In this document: positions 1 through 12,275 of the stretch, one piece after another
Numbering within the stretch: position 1 is the stretch's first letter
Layout: every line of letters starts with the position of its first letter
NCBI GenBank assembly: GCA_003427395.1
Contig: BFEA01000005.1
Span: 7,182,825 to 7,246,824, forward strand
DNA length: 64,000 nucleotides
Direction of reading: 5' to 3'
Source: Chara braunii
Taxonomy: Eukaryota; Plantae; Charophyceae
Program-made: the position numbers and the translations under genes
Notes under the pieces: model-generated
The model's database searches: none
What the model was told of the DNA's origin: nothing
The model's input: the letters and a program-made list of their open reading frames with translations, nothing else

Positions 1-209
1 TTTAGATGTGTTGTTGTGTGTGTGTATGTGTTTTTTTTTTTTTGGCATGGTCCGATGGACCTCGGATCAGATAATAAATTGATCAGAACAGATGGCACCT
101 TATCTATTTTTAGCCAAAAGGGGAAAGGTATCATATGTTTTTGTGTGCGTTCTGTTTTGTCTGCAAATTGCATTTGAAAGCATAGATGCTGCTCTTATGG
201 TCTGACATA

Positions 210-331
210 GGGCCTCGCTCCGCTACTCTCCACATGCACAAAAGACAAAAAAGATGGAAATGTATCTTTCCGTGTTCTGGCGGAGGATTCAGTCTCATCT
301 TGCACATTCGGAGAGTAGTGCAGTGAGGCCC
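210..331. mobile_element. Tourist-like MITE (~122 bp), copy 1
   Basis: Imperfect terminal inverted repeats GGGCCTCGCTCCGCTACTCTCC...GGAGAGTAGTGCAGTGAGGCCC, 3-bp TSD ATA on both sides; related copy in opposite orientation at 56856-56979. Confidence 0.75.
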
Positions 332-601
332 ATAGTCATTCCCTACCTCCCATTACCCATGGTTGCGTCTGTTCCACACCTACGGATGCAAAGTTTTGGC
401 CCTCGTGTGATCAGAGTGTAAGCCAGGTAGCCTCGTAATAGCTCCAGGGTTTGTTCCGCATCTGAATGCCTGATCGTGGAACAGCCGTTGACCGAGGCTG
501 AGGCCGTGGATGCAAGTTTTCTTGCCTATGATGTCATGGCGTAGTCACGTCGCAGAGTAGGTGTTAAGACGCGAGCAGGTATGAGGATTGGACATAACCT
601 T

Positions 602-604
<3 letters not shown>

Positions 605-640
<36 letters not shown>
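605..640. repeat. (CA)n microsatellite
   Basis: Visible dinucleotide run. Confidence 0.95.
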
Positions 641-643
<3 letters not shown>

Positions 644-1046
644 GCGCATACAGGAGGAACTGGGACCAGAGAAGGGAGAACCAAGGAAGAACTTCAGGAC
701 CAATACCAGCGCCAAGAAGGACTTCTTCGAAAACCAGCCCTGCGGGCCACCTAAACAAGCAGGAAACCGGTCCCCTGTAAGGGGCACATTTTTACGCCCC
801 CCCTTTTTTTTCCCTTTTTTCTGATTGTCCCCCTCAGTTCCATTTTTTCCATTTTTGTGTTCGTTTTCCTTTTCCGTTCTTCCCTTTTTTCCTTTTTTCC
901 TTTTTTCCTTTTTTCGTTTTTCGCTTTTTTTCGTTCTCGCTTTTTTCCGTTCTTTCTACTTTTCCTTTTTCCTTTCCATATGCAGACACATCTGTTTCCG
1001 GGCTGAGCTTCAATCCGGTGAGCTGTTGCCTCCAAGAGCAACGCAG

Positions 1047-1433
1047 TCAGGGGAATATCCAGGGGCCTAACTCGAGGAGGCCGCCGGACGCGCATAAGCA
1101 TCATGAGCACTCGAATTGAAATGGCGCCCTCTGTTCTAAATTTTTCAAAAAGAGGAGGGGGAGGTTTTCTCGGAAAGTGTCGAGGGTAGCTTCGAATAAC
1201 AGAATAGAGGGCTCTATTTAGTTTGAGAGCCGCCGGGCCCTCGCAGGCGCAAGACCAGGGGAATATCCAGGGGCTTAGCTCGAGGAACCCACCGGGCCCG
1301 CACAGGCGTTGTGGACGCTCGAAGTAAACTGGCGCCCTCTGATTCTAATTTTGTTTGATTCGAAAGTGGCGGGAGAAGTTTTCTCGGAAAGTATCGAGGG
1401 TAGCTTCAAATAGAGGGTAGAGGGCATTATTTA
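1047..1433 (+). repeat. Diverged ~210-bp tandem duplication
   Basis: CAGGGGAATATCCAGGGGC...TGGCGCCCTCTG...TTTTCTCGGAAAGT...TATTTAG occurs at ~1047-1221 and ~1256-1433. Confidence 0.8.
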
Positions 1434-3744
1434 GTAGGAACGTCAGATGAGGCCAAACATCATTCTCGAAGGAATTGCGGAGATCAACCGGCGTTTTCGG
1501 AGGAACGGCTTTGTCAGAGCAATCTTCGGGTGAAGCATCGCAGCAAGCAACAACCAGCAGCAGTAAACCATGGACTTCCCGTTGGACTTGGACGCGATCG
1601 CAGCCCGGAGGGAGGCGCATGACCAAGAAACGGTAGTGTTCTAAGGACCAACGACGGGAAGCATGGAGTGTCCAGCGCCACGAACTACGCCTGATTCCCA
1701 GCTTCCTCTTCCTGCACCTCTTCCTCCTCCTCCCTCTTATCTCCCCGCAGCTCTCCGTCCCTGCGCAGTTGCTCTCTGCATAATAGCCCTTACTGCAGTT
1801 TTTTGCCTCGCGCTTCTCCCCAACCTACTCATCATCTACGTGCTAATCAGATGGTGCCGATCGTCGGAGGTGATTTTAGCACCCGCCCGAAAGCAGGCGG
1901 TCTTCCTTGGCATGCTCGTACGAGTAACGGGCTTGGTGGCGGCAGCTGCAATTTCTTACGCATCAGCAATAGGCCTGATCATTACCACGCTTGCGGCAGA
2001 GGAGGTGTAAGCAGCGACGAGGAGAGCGAGATGGAGCAGCAGAGCGGCAGAGCAGCAGATGCGGAGGCGGCAGCATGCAGCCTCGTAGCCTTCCTTGCCT
2101 TTCTCTCGTTTCTCGCTTTCACCTTCTTCATTGCACTATTACCCCAGCCACAGCCAGCAGCGCAACCATGCTGCACAGCGGAGCAAACGGAAGCATGGTG
2201 CCCCTCCCACTGCATCCCCCACCCACCCCCACCCCTTTCCCCACCAGAATCCCAGACCACCACCCCATCCGCACCACAGCACCCCCCACCACGATCTGCA
2301 TCTTTTGGAGGAAAAAGATGCCCCTCTGATGAAGCTGCTGGTGGCACAGCAGAAAGGCCTCAGGGATTTGCCAACCCCTCCCGCGGCTCGGCCATTGGAC
2401 CACGCGCACAGATGCGTAACAATGAAGTCTCGTGAAAGGCTAGATGCAGGTTCCATTTTTTTATTTTCCCTATTTTCTCCCCAACCTTTCCCCATTCCCG
2501 TTGTTTTTACTCCCCAGTCTCGCATGATGGAGTACATGGCTAATGTTGGGAGTTCCAAGTTTTCCATAATAGGACCTTCGATAATAAGTTTTATCTTTGC
2601 AGACTTTCTGTTGTGATGATTCCTTCTCTTGCTTTTTGAAATCGCATGAGACTTTGAGTGGCCCCTTGCGTGGTTGTTTCCCCTGCGAATGATGCATGCT
2701 GTTTCGCAACCTTTGCATGAAATTAATGCTTGTTCTTCAAGTTTTGGCTTTCGATGACCATGTGGAATCACGGATAAATTCATGCTTTCCCTGTCGTTTT
2801 TTTCCCCCTTTTTTCTTCTTCCCCCAGAGCTAGTTGTAGTAGGGAAGCAGTATTGCGCGCGTTGATGATGCAATGGAATATGGATAACCCTCTGTTTATT
2901 GATTGCCCGCACTCCTTGCAGAGCTAGTTGTAGTAGGGAAGTACTGTAGAAATGGTTATTCACTTGCGCAACTACTTGCGCAGTGGAAGGGTACTTGCAT
3001 TTTTTCTAAAAATTCCAGAATATGTATGCCTGGTGGTTTGCATCGAGGTAGAGTCTCCGGACAAGACGTAGGATGTGATCGCTTTTTTTCGATTCCTCTG
3101 TTTTCTGATATCGCAACGAGGCGCACGAAAGGACTTATCGTCAGAAGATAGCCTGATGACGAGTCCCCTGCTGCCGGATTCAATCTGGGATATTTTATCT
3201 TTTTTTGGAAAGAAAAGGGAGATATTTTTCTAACACTTTGTGATATTCCCTACCTACAACCCCTCGTTAGTCTCTCTCTGTCTTTCTTTGGAAAAGGCTC
3301 GCAGCTCTATATTAAAAAGGGATACTTCTCTTGGGAGCTCAATATTTTTAAAAATTGGCTAATAGTTCCCGGAACTGCGTAAATGGAGCCATAGAAGAGC
3401 CCCCCATCCGGGAATAAAAAGGAGATCCACATCGCTTTATAAACGTCTGTTCCTGCCAGAGTTCCGTAATGTGCGGGCTGAATTAATGCCGGAGCTCGGC
3501 CTAACACGTAATTACGTGTCCTGGCGTGCGTATGAGCACACACCCACAACACGCTCACACACACACACACACACACACAAACAGTAAAACTGCATCGACT
3601 CAAGTTTGCTTCATTGTCTGCTAGAGATAAAGCTGCTTTGATTTTAGCTCTACTCATCTGGGTGGAACAGGGGCAGTTGCGGTGAAAATCTGGAACACAC
3701 ATGCGCATGCGCAAACACCCCCCAATGAACAGATGCATCCTGAA

Positions 3745-3781
3745 AAGACTGTTGGGGTTTCAACCTCCCGACTGATGAGTC
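3745..3781 (+). repeat. Degenerate 5' half of the type III hammerhead repeat
   Basis: AGACTGTTGGGGTTTCAACCTCCCGACTGATGAGTC resembles AGACTGTTGAGGGTTCAGCCTCCTGATGAGTC at 8396; stem II and GAAA are missing. Confidence 0.4.
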
Positions 3782-4468
3782 TTCTCCCCATTGCTTCAAC
3801 AACTTTAAACCACCACTACCTCCAAGCCTGTTTTTGCCGACCCTGATTTTCACTCTGCACCAGGTTTTGCCGAGCCAGGGTTCCGTTTTGTTTCTTTTCT
3901 GATACTCTGATGAAAAAAAAAAAAGAAAAAGCACGGCCAGACTTTCAAGAAGCGACGCGCTCGCAGCACAAAAAAATAAAAGAAAAAAAAAACAAACAAC
4001 CCTCGGGATGCGATACCAGGTAGATACCTGCCCAAAGTTGTTATGTGAGTATGCCCTCAGTGAGGGCGTTACAGAAAGGGTGTCAGGTCCACGGAAGAAT
4101 GAAAAGGGCAAAAAAAAAAGAAAATGAACTTAGGGCGGGAAAGCAGGTTCATACATTCTACGAAGTAATAGTGCGGGCATGCTCTCCTCCACAAAGTGTA
4201 AGCAGCCTGTGGACTGCACCGTGCCTCTCTGGCGGGGCACCAAAACTGAAAAAAGAAGGAAAACAAGAAACAAAAGCAATGAAAACCTGAAACTGGCCAA
4301 TATAGCGGTTAGATACTAACGTGCGAGTTTTGGTGTGAGCACAACTTGGCGCACTGCCTTCCCCGACATGGTCTTTTGTTTTTCGAAGGGGCCCTCAAGG
4401 CCCAATCCAACCCCCGAAAACTTCGGAAAAAGTGGGAAAACGGCCACTTTTCCGATTTTTCCCAACAC

Positions 4469-5460
4469 TGCAATCAGACTTGCTTTCGTTCACACTTCCA
4501 TGCATGTAAACAGGTTGCGCATCAAACTGGCGACAAGCGTCCCCTCAAAACTCAGAGATATGGTAACCAGAAACACAGTTCAGATACAACCTCACTTTAG
4601 ATGGCTATGGCGCATCAGCGCCTATACAAATCTCTGTTCATCACTCACACAACATTGCTGTTCACACACCGGACCACCCTGGATACCCCACACGCATCTA
4701 CACACATCACTCTGCACACTCTCACACACCCGCACACGCCTACAGCTATGGCGGCTATGGCCGCTGCTACTCTATCGCTATGGCTAACCTCCTTCTCGCC
4801 CACTTCGTGCTCGGGCTCACTGCAGACCACCTCGCACAAGTCGCTATGGCAGCGCTTCTGCATGGCTTACACAGGAATCAATGAATGGCTGGGCGCTGCC
4901 TCTTGATTTATACTTCTGTAGCTCGTTGGTCTGGCCCATTCCCATGCCCGTGGTGCACACAGTCCCATATGGTACTTGCTTGACTGGACTAGGACTCACT
5001 GGGACTGGCACCGCTGACTGCATGGGTTTGCACTGCCAACTCGATGCAGTTGCACCGCCGACGTACTGCAGTTGGGCTCCACTTGCCCACTTGCCTCAGC
5101 CTAAATGTGAGCAACTTCGAAAGGCCACTACTAGGACCTTCCGGAAGTCTGGGTCCTGGCCTTTCGAAGACTGTAGCAGCTACGACCTTGACCCTTCAGG
5201 ACTGTAGCAGCTACGACCTTGACCTTTCAGAAGTTCTACAGCTACGACTTCTAGAACTCCCTAAGACTTCTACACGACAGGTCTACAGATCGAACCCCCG
5301 CTACCTACGGACCCTACGACAGTTTGCCAACTGTAACAAATACACAGGTCACGGGTTCAACTCTCAGGGTCAACACAGATACTGTACGCAGGTAAGCTGA
5401 GAACTAGGGATCGAGCCCTGGGATCTGCATTCGCTACTGCTAAAGGTGAAAACCGTTTCA
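4469..5460 (-). mobile_element. Solo LTR of a Ty3/gypsy family (same family as 51279-52241)
   Basis: Reverse complement starts TGAAACGGTTTTCACC, ends GATTGCA and matches the LTR at 51279-52241 along its length; flanked by ACAC/ACAC (4-bp TSD). Confidence 0.8.
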
Positions 5461-7372
5461 ACACTGCTGGAGGTAGTGGTGGTTTGATGCTTGCCGGTGG
5501 TAAGCAGCCGGACTGCTGGGTCCCCAGAGTAGATGGGCCTATGTTTTTTTTTGTTGTTCCCCCCCCCCCCCCAGTTGGTGGAAGGCGGACGGAACAGTCT
5601 GGAAGCAAACATAGCACCTACATCCAAGCATGAGAACACACCTTTCAACAAGCTGTATGGAGGATCCACTTAGTTAACACTCTGAGGGACCCCGCTCTCG
5701 AAAAGCAAACTCACGTGCCACCATCGCTCCACATCCCCAAGAACCACCGCACCTGACGTCAAACATAGTCGCGTCGGCATCTAGTCGTATGACTGGGTGC
5801 AAGCGTTACAGTTTTACGAATCGATATGCCAAGCGACTGAGTCTGACTCAATGCCAGGATTTGATCCCTCTCGCGCTGTCTTCGGCGGTCTGTCCTGCTG
5901 CTGCAATCATCGCGTACGTGAACCCGCGCAAGCACAATAGCTGATCTCGCAGTGGGGCAGTCGTTCCTCTCGCCTGATTTTGACGAAGTGGCCCTGCCCA
6001 CCCTCAATATTCCTGCGGCCCATCATCAGCGGACTCCCTTTTACCTATTTTATCCCACCTGTGCACCAAGCACCGAACGAACTGGGGCAGTGCTCGTTTT
6101 TTCCTTTTTGGCATGGGCGGCCCTCTTCCTCTCCCCCCCCCTCCTCCCCCCCCCTTTTTTTGGCACCACCAGCCAGGAGAGTTGACTGCGAGAATGCACT
6201 GCTGGTCAACTTGGTCCCAAAGGTGTGCCAGGAGAGATAGTAGTGGTTCAAAAAAGCGAAAAAAAAGCAACAGGATGTTTTGTTTTGTCCAGCAAAAAAA
6301 GGGCTGGGGGGAAAGAAAAGGATTCGAGCTTCATCTCATCGTCAACTTCCCTGCCAACTAGGTCCTATCCAGCTACATCCCCGCTCACATTTGTAAACAA
6401 TGCAGCTTACCACCTAGGTACCTACTACCAAACCTGGTCTTCATCCATTGTCTAAATAACGTCCCTCCCTATCCTTCTGATTGACTGCCTTGCAATGAAC
6501 TTGGCAATTTCAAACAAACTCGAATATGCAAGGTGAGAGCATTCACAGGAAGTTCACACCGCACCAGAGAGATGACACATGAACAAGCACCGGATATGTT
6601 CCCACTCAAAATATGAGAAGTTTACAACTGGAGAGTTCTAGTAACCAGCTGCAGTTGCCGCAACTCAACACTGCAATCCTGACTCAGGTATGTACTCAAC
6701 TCCTCCCCCCTTGATGTCTGGCTTTCCTCTCTCTCTCTCTCCCTGTCTCTTCTCTCTTCTCTCGCTCAAGTCTTCGCCTCTTGACCTCACTGCGCTCAAG
6801 GTCACCCTTTCTCTCTCTCCCTCTAGGATCTGCCCTGAATACAACTGTGGTGTATTCCCCAAACCTCCACGGCTATGGTCGTCTCCTTCCTTCTCCCTAG
6901 CTGTGGTAACCAGATGTCTCCTTCCTCGCTGGGCACTTGCTCCTCTCCTGGTGCCCCCTCCCATCCACGGTGCACTGTTGCACAAGTAACCCGCAGTACT
7001 TCTGCAATTCGCACATGAATAGTTGATCCCTCCTGCTGATGCTGCTGGGTTTTTATACTTGCTGATCCGCCTTCCAGACGTCTTCTGTTGGTTATGGGTT
7101 GGCCCTCTTGTCTTTGTTTCCTGCTTCTGGAAACTCATGGATTCTTCTTGGGTTTGGCTGCTTGCGTGGATCAACTGACACCTAGCCTAACGGCCTTGGT
7201 AAGAGTTGTGATGACTTTTCAACCCATAACTGTCATCTCCGAAGGACTTCCTACCACGATCTACTTAACTGGCTCACCTAGGCCTCTGCAATCATGGTAC
7301 AAATGAAAGCTACTCTTCTAGAGTTTTCGTGCATATTGTACAAGTGGCTGGAACCACTAATGGAACACGGAA

Positions 7373-7492
7373 TGGGACTCGGGATTAGAACCTGGGACTT
7401 AGGAATGGGACTTGGGACTCGGGACTGGGACCTAGGACTCGGGACTGGGACCTGGGACTTGGGATTCGGGACTTGGGACTGGGACTTGGGAT
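7373..7492 (+). repeat. GGGACT(T/C) short tandem repeat array
   Basis: Many GGGACTTGGGACTC-like units. Confidence 0.9.
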
Positions 7493-7521
7493 TGTGGCAC
7501 AGCGTGAAATCCTTTCAGCCA

Positions 7522-7671
7522 ATCCTTCTGACTTGATGTCTGACTTTCACTTCTGTTTACGAACTTAGCCTACGTTGCGGACCACAGAAACTCGAGATCC
7601 TTCTGACTTGATGTCTGACTTTCACTTCTGTTTACGAACTTAGCCTACGTTGCGGACCACAGAAACTCGAG
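7522..7671 (+). repeat. Exact ~75-bp tandem duplication
   Basis: ATCCTTCTGACTTGATGTC...CACAGAAACTCGAG twice in a row. Confidence 0.9.
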
Positions 7672-8179
7672 CCTACTACCTTCGACTGAATCTGGGCCGT
7701 ACAGTTCTACACTTGAACTTGATCAGGGCGTGATATATCGAAACCTCGCAGAACCTAACAACTGGAAGGCCGCAGATGGCACTGGACCAAGAAAAAACAG
7801 GTCGTGGGATTGAATCCCCCTATCGGCCAAATATATGAGTACCCAGATCCTCAGAACAGTCTGGTACAAGTTATTCTGTGGAGTTGTATTTAGCAAACAA
7901 GTGAACTCAAAAACAAACACACAAACAAAGAAAAAAAGAAAAACGAATAAAGGAAAAAACAAACAGACACACACTTTTTAATAGTTTTATTCTTCTTCTT
8001 CTTCTTCTCCTCATCCTTATCAGATTGTTTTGTTAAATTGTTTTGGTTGTTTTCAGAGGGGGGAGGAGAGAGGGGGGTGGGGCGCAAACTTCTCTCTTCT
8101 AAGAATAAAGAAAAGATGACCTCCGAGGAGAGCCGGAACGGCCCGAAGCTTGAGACTGCTGCTGAAGGAACAAGACGTC

Positions 8180-8292
8180 GATGGTAAACAGTGCAGAAAT
8201 TGTCAGTGGATGGTAAACAGTGCAGAAACTGTCAGTGGATGGTAAACAGTGCAGAAACTGTCAGTGGATGGTAAACAGTGCAGAAAGTGTCA
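8180..8292 (+). repeat. ~28-bp minisatellite x4
   Basis: GATGGTAAACAGTGCAGAAACTGTCAGTG repeated. Confidence 0.9.
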
Positions 8293-8393
8293 AATATATA
8301 TATATATATTCATCTGGTGCGGGTGAGTGATAGTCTACTTTGATTTTGGTTAAGGTAGATTATCATTTACAGTGTAATCAGTGAGGGGATTCT

Positions 8394-8453
8394 GCAGACT
8401 GTTGAGGGTTCAGCCTCCTGATGAGTCGGTGAAACTCCGACGAAACAGTTTGT
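8394..8453 (+). ncRNA. Type III hammerhead ribozyme (complete)
   Basis: Stem III GCAGACTG/CAGTTTGT; GUU cleavage triplet (cut after 8403); stem I GAGG-GTTCAG-CCTC; core CTGATGA; stem II GTCGG-TGAAACT-CCGAC; GAAA. Confidence 0.9.
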
Positions 8454-8466
8454 CACAGCCCCTCGT

Positions 8467-9276
8467 NNNNNNNNNNNNNNNNNNNNNNNNNNNNNNNNNN
8501 NNNNNNNNNNNNNNNNNNNNNNNNNNNNNNNNNNNNNNNNNNNNNNNNNNNNNNNNNNNNNNNNNNNNNNNNNNNNNNNNNNNNNNNNNNNNNNNNNNNN
8601 NNNNNNNNNNNNNNNNNNNNNNNNNNNNNNNNNNNNNNNNNNNNNNNNNNNNNNNNNNNNNNNNNNNNNNNNNNNNNNNNNNNNNNNNNNNNNNNNNNNN
8701 NNNNNNNNNNNNNNNNNNNNNNNNNNNNNNNNNNNNNNNNNNNNNNNNNNNNNNNNNNNNNNNNNNNNNNNNNNNNNNNNNNNNNNNNNNNNNNNNNNNN
8801 NNNNNNNNNNNNNNNNNNNNNNNNNNNNNNNNNNNNNNNNNNNNNNNNNNNNNNNNNNNNNNNNNNNNNNNNNNNNNNNNNNNNNNNNNNNNNNNNNNNN
8901 NNNNNNNNNNNNNNNNNNNNNNNNNNNNNNNNNNNNNNNNNNNNNNNNNNNNNNNNNNNNNNNNNNNNNNNNNNNNNNNNNNNNNNNNNNNNNNNNNNNN
9001 NNNNNNNNNNNNNNNNNNNNNNNNNNNNNNNNNNNNNNNNNNNNNNNNNNNNNNNNNNNNNNNNNNNNNNNNNNNNNNNNNNNNNNNNNNNNNNNNNNNN
9101 NNNNNNNNNNNNNNNNNNNNNNNNNNNNNNNNNNNNNNNNNNNNNNNNNNNNNNNNNNNNNNNNNNNNNNNNNNNNNNNNNNNNNNNNNNNNNNNNNNNN
9201 NNNNNNNNNNNNNNNNNNNNNNNNNNNNNNNNNNNNNNNNNNNNNNNNNNNNNNNNNNNNNNNNNNNNNNNNNNNN
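8467..9276. other. Assembly gap (N run)
   Basis: ~810 Ns; hammerhead-repeat sequence on both sides. Confidence 1.
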
Positions 9277-9378
9277 TGAAACTCCGACGAAACAGTTTGT
9301 CACAGCCCCTCGTTTGTTGTCCTCTTCTCTCTCTCTGCCTACGGTTTACCGGGCAGTTCTATTTGTGACGATATATAT
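9277..9378 (+). repeat. Hammerhead-repeat 3' part (cut by the gap)
   Basis: TGAAACTCCGACGAAACAGTTTGTCACAGCCCCTCG...GGCAGTTCT...ATATAT, matches 39320-39415. Confidence 0.85.
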
Positions 9379-9430
9379 TAAAGGTAAGCAAATAAAATAA
9401 AAATTAAATTGTCACAAGCAACTGCGGTAT

Positions 9431-9525
9431 ATGAGTCGGTGAACCTCCAACGGAAGAGTCTCTACCACAGCCACCGTTTCTTCGTCCTTTTCTCCCTTTC
9501 CCTTAACCGTTTCAATCGGCAGTTT
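9431..9525 (+). repeat. Diverged, 5'-truncated hammerhead-repeat copy
   Basis: ATGAGTCGGTGAACCTCCAACGGAA...CACAGCC...TTCTCCCT...GGCAGTT, directly after TATAT. Confidence 0.6.
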
Positions 9526-10192
9526 TTAGTTTTTAAGTTTTTTAACCTTTCTTAGTATTTTTAGTATTATGTATTTATTCCGTAGTGAGGAAAGGATTCA
9601 CGAATCTCAGTACCGCGATTCAGTCCCAAGTCCCGGTCTCGAGTCCCAGTCCTTGTTCCATTGGTGGCCCTAGCCACGTGGACAATATTCACAAATGCCT
9701 AAGAGGGGTAGGTTGATTTGTACAATGATTACAGATGCCTAGGTCAGTTAGTTTAGACTTTTAAGTAGGCAGTAGGATGTCCCTGGTTAATAACACTTTT
9801 CTTTTCTTGTTTTTCTCTCCTTTCTTTTTTTTCCTATTCCTTTCCCCAATCCCATAACCCCTCGATTGAAGCTGAGCAGTGTGTTCATCAATGGGTACTG
9901 GGGTGAAAAAGTCTATTTCCAGGTACTAGGCACAACACAAGCTTTGGCAAAGATAGCAGAAGTCGTTAGGCCAAGTATCAGTCACATCATTGACTGCTGA
10001 AGGTAGTTGTCATATGTCTAGCATCCAACCTCTACAACAACCTGCAGTGGGCTTTAGAAAAGAAAAGAAAAAAAGAAGCAAGAAAAAAAGGAAGAAAGGC
10101 CAAGTATCAGTCAATCTAGTCAAGCAGCCAAAGTCAAGGAAAATCGACAAATTCCAAAAGCAACAAACAAAGGCAAAGGGCAGTATGCATGT

Positions 10193-10890
10193 CGCGCTTA
10201 TACAACAAAGACACAATAATGATGGTCGTAATCTTACTCCTCAAATGCAAAACAGAACCGAAGATCCTCAAATGCAGAATATAACCGAAGATCCTCAAAT
10301 GCACAACAAAACCGAAGAAAAGGGTAGCAGAAGAGGACGAAGAAGAAGGAGAAGAAGACGACGAAGAAGAAGAAGGAAGAAGAAGAAGGCGAGGAAGAAG
10401 AAGATAAGAAGACAAGAAGCACACCATAGAAGTCCCGAATGCGACTTAGTTACGAAAAAATAATCATGAAGCACTCTTGTTGGAAACAAAAAGCTCCTGA
10501 TGGGCGTTACGACCCGACCGGTTTCGCCTGGCCGCCTACCAGGAGTCTTTAGGGGTCTAAAGTCACTTGATGGACACTAGCCTATGGAGACTTTATCCTT
10601 GAGAAGACCACCTGTAGAAAGACCGTCGACACAACACTCCAATCGGTTGGCAGACTCGGCACTGAATCAGCTGCGAACCAATTCTTTAAATCCCAACCAC
10701 AACTCGAATCCCTCGTAAAAAAACACTATTCAAAAACAGGAGAAACTACAGATCAACACACCAGCAGTCAACCGGTACCGCGTTCAAGTCCTCAATCACC
10801 AACTTTTCACATCATACCAGCCTTAAGGGAACAATCAACTCAAACACTTAGAAAAACGAGACACACCCATCCAAAGAAACCCCCTAAACA
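10193..10890 (-). repeat. PLE 3' pseudo-LTR
   Basis: High similarity to 15425-16018, with a (GAA)n tract. Confidence 0.85.
10511..10557 (-). ncRNA. Minimal type I hammerhead ribozyme in pLTR (core mutated, CTAAAGA)
   Basis: Minus strand GACCC-CTAAAGA-CTCCTGG TAGGCGG CCAGGC-GAAACCGGTC-GGGTC; palindromic ACCGGT at stem III; stem I GACCC/GGGTC. Confidence 0.7.
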
Positions 10891-10941
10891 CAGGGAAACA
10901 ATGAGACATATCTCAAGAAAGGCCACCTGAGGACAAGTATC

Positions 10942-12275
10942 CTAAAATAACCTGACTTCCCTCAACATGCGACCCCACCCAGTCAAGAACGGCAACCAAT
11001 CTCCCCACAATTCCCCGAATTTCCTCGAGAAAGTAGTAACCGCTAACTCGAAAAACACATCCGGATACCCCCTCCACAACTCGCACTTAAATGAAAGGAG
11101 GAAGGGAAACACCATTCCGTCGACTGACGAATATGCTTTAGCACAGTGAAGAAAGGAGTTAATTACCGCCAATTTTTGCTGACAGCTCGTGAATGACACA
11201 TAGTCTTGAATGCACTGGAACCTCTGATTTTTCATTAGCACACCCTTCCTACCCTCAAACACCTTGAGAACACACCCAAGAAAATCCCACCAATTCCGTT
11301 CGTTGGTTTGCTCCAAGACCAAGTTGTCATCATAGCAATGCTTGAACAAATTGATAAGGTGTAACCCTTTCTTGTAAGGACACCTATCATACTTCCTACA
11401 AATAGCAAAAATTGAAACATCATCAACTAACGTAAATCCACAAAACAATCTTTGATCCACCCCCAAGCTGGTCAAGAACACAAACTCATTATAGGCATAT
11501 AGTAGACAAGCTAGCGCCAGGCTCGATGACTTACCCATCGGAATACCAACCCTTTGATGCAACAGTCGACCCGCAGCACGCACATAAGTATCTCCAAGCT
11601 AAAAGGAAATGAAATTGAACATGGTCTGCAACAGAATACTCTTCCACCCCATCTTAGCTTTCCATGTCAGCAACTTTGCACCTTTCCCTTGTGTACAAAC
11701 CCCAACCGCAACAACACTTTTCTCCCGCCAAAAGTCCACCACCCACGATGGCGCCTTTAAGATGGAGTCATGAGGTAAATTGGAGAACATCTCCTATGTC
11801 AAAGGAGGCACCCAAAATTGCATCTTCATTAGTCAACCCAAAATTGACTGCCTTAATATGAGCCAGCATTGACTGCACAGGACACAATTTTTCCACCTCC
11901 TGTTGAACACTCCGGATGGGATGGACAGATTGGCCTCCATCTTAAAACATCTTTGTGCTTAGGTGAACAATACCTCTTCCTGAGCTTACCCTTCTTCCAT
12001 TGCCCGACATGCTGCAATCCATTCCGAACATACGTCTTCTCACATTTCTTAAGTAACTGACACTCGTCATCTTCACAAAGCTGGAAGGTCGGGGTCCCAA
12101 AAAACGACTTCTGCATGCCCTTCTCGTATAAAAGAGGGCAACAGACATAGTTATCACCCATATTATGGTCGATAGGACTGCATACCATACCTAGAAGCAG
12201 CAAACGAAAAGGAGCAACGTCATCCTCACAGATTACCCTCTCGGAAAACTTGCCTCCTTCGCGTTTGAATCCCAT
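10942..12275 (-). pseudogene. PLE reverse transcriptase (frameshifted)
   Basis: ORF pieces 11853-12275 and 10942-11583 with PKHK, RPI, GIPMG, DD and DFLG motifs. Confidence 0.85.

Noticed and set aside
1663-2963. Overlapping ORFs of 115-274 aa
   Set aside because: Low complexity, no recognisable domain, strand ambiguous
3153-3185. CTGATGA hammerhead core motif
   Set aside because: No stem II or GAAA at the right distance
8180-8292. 28-bp repeats resembling a CRISPR array
   Set aside because: No spacers; plain minisatellite in eukaryotic DNA
8381-9400. 339-aa and 297-aa ORFs
   Set aside because: Artefacts of the N gap
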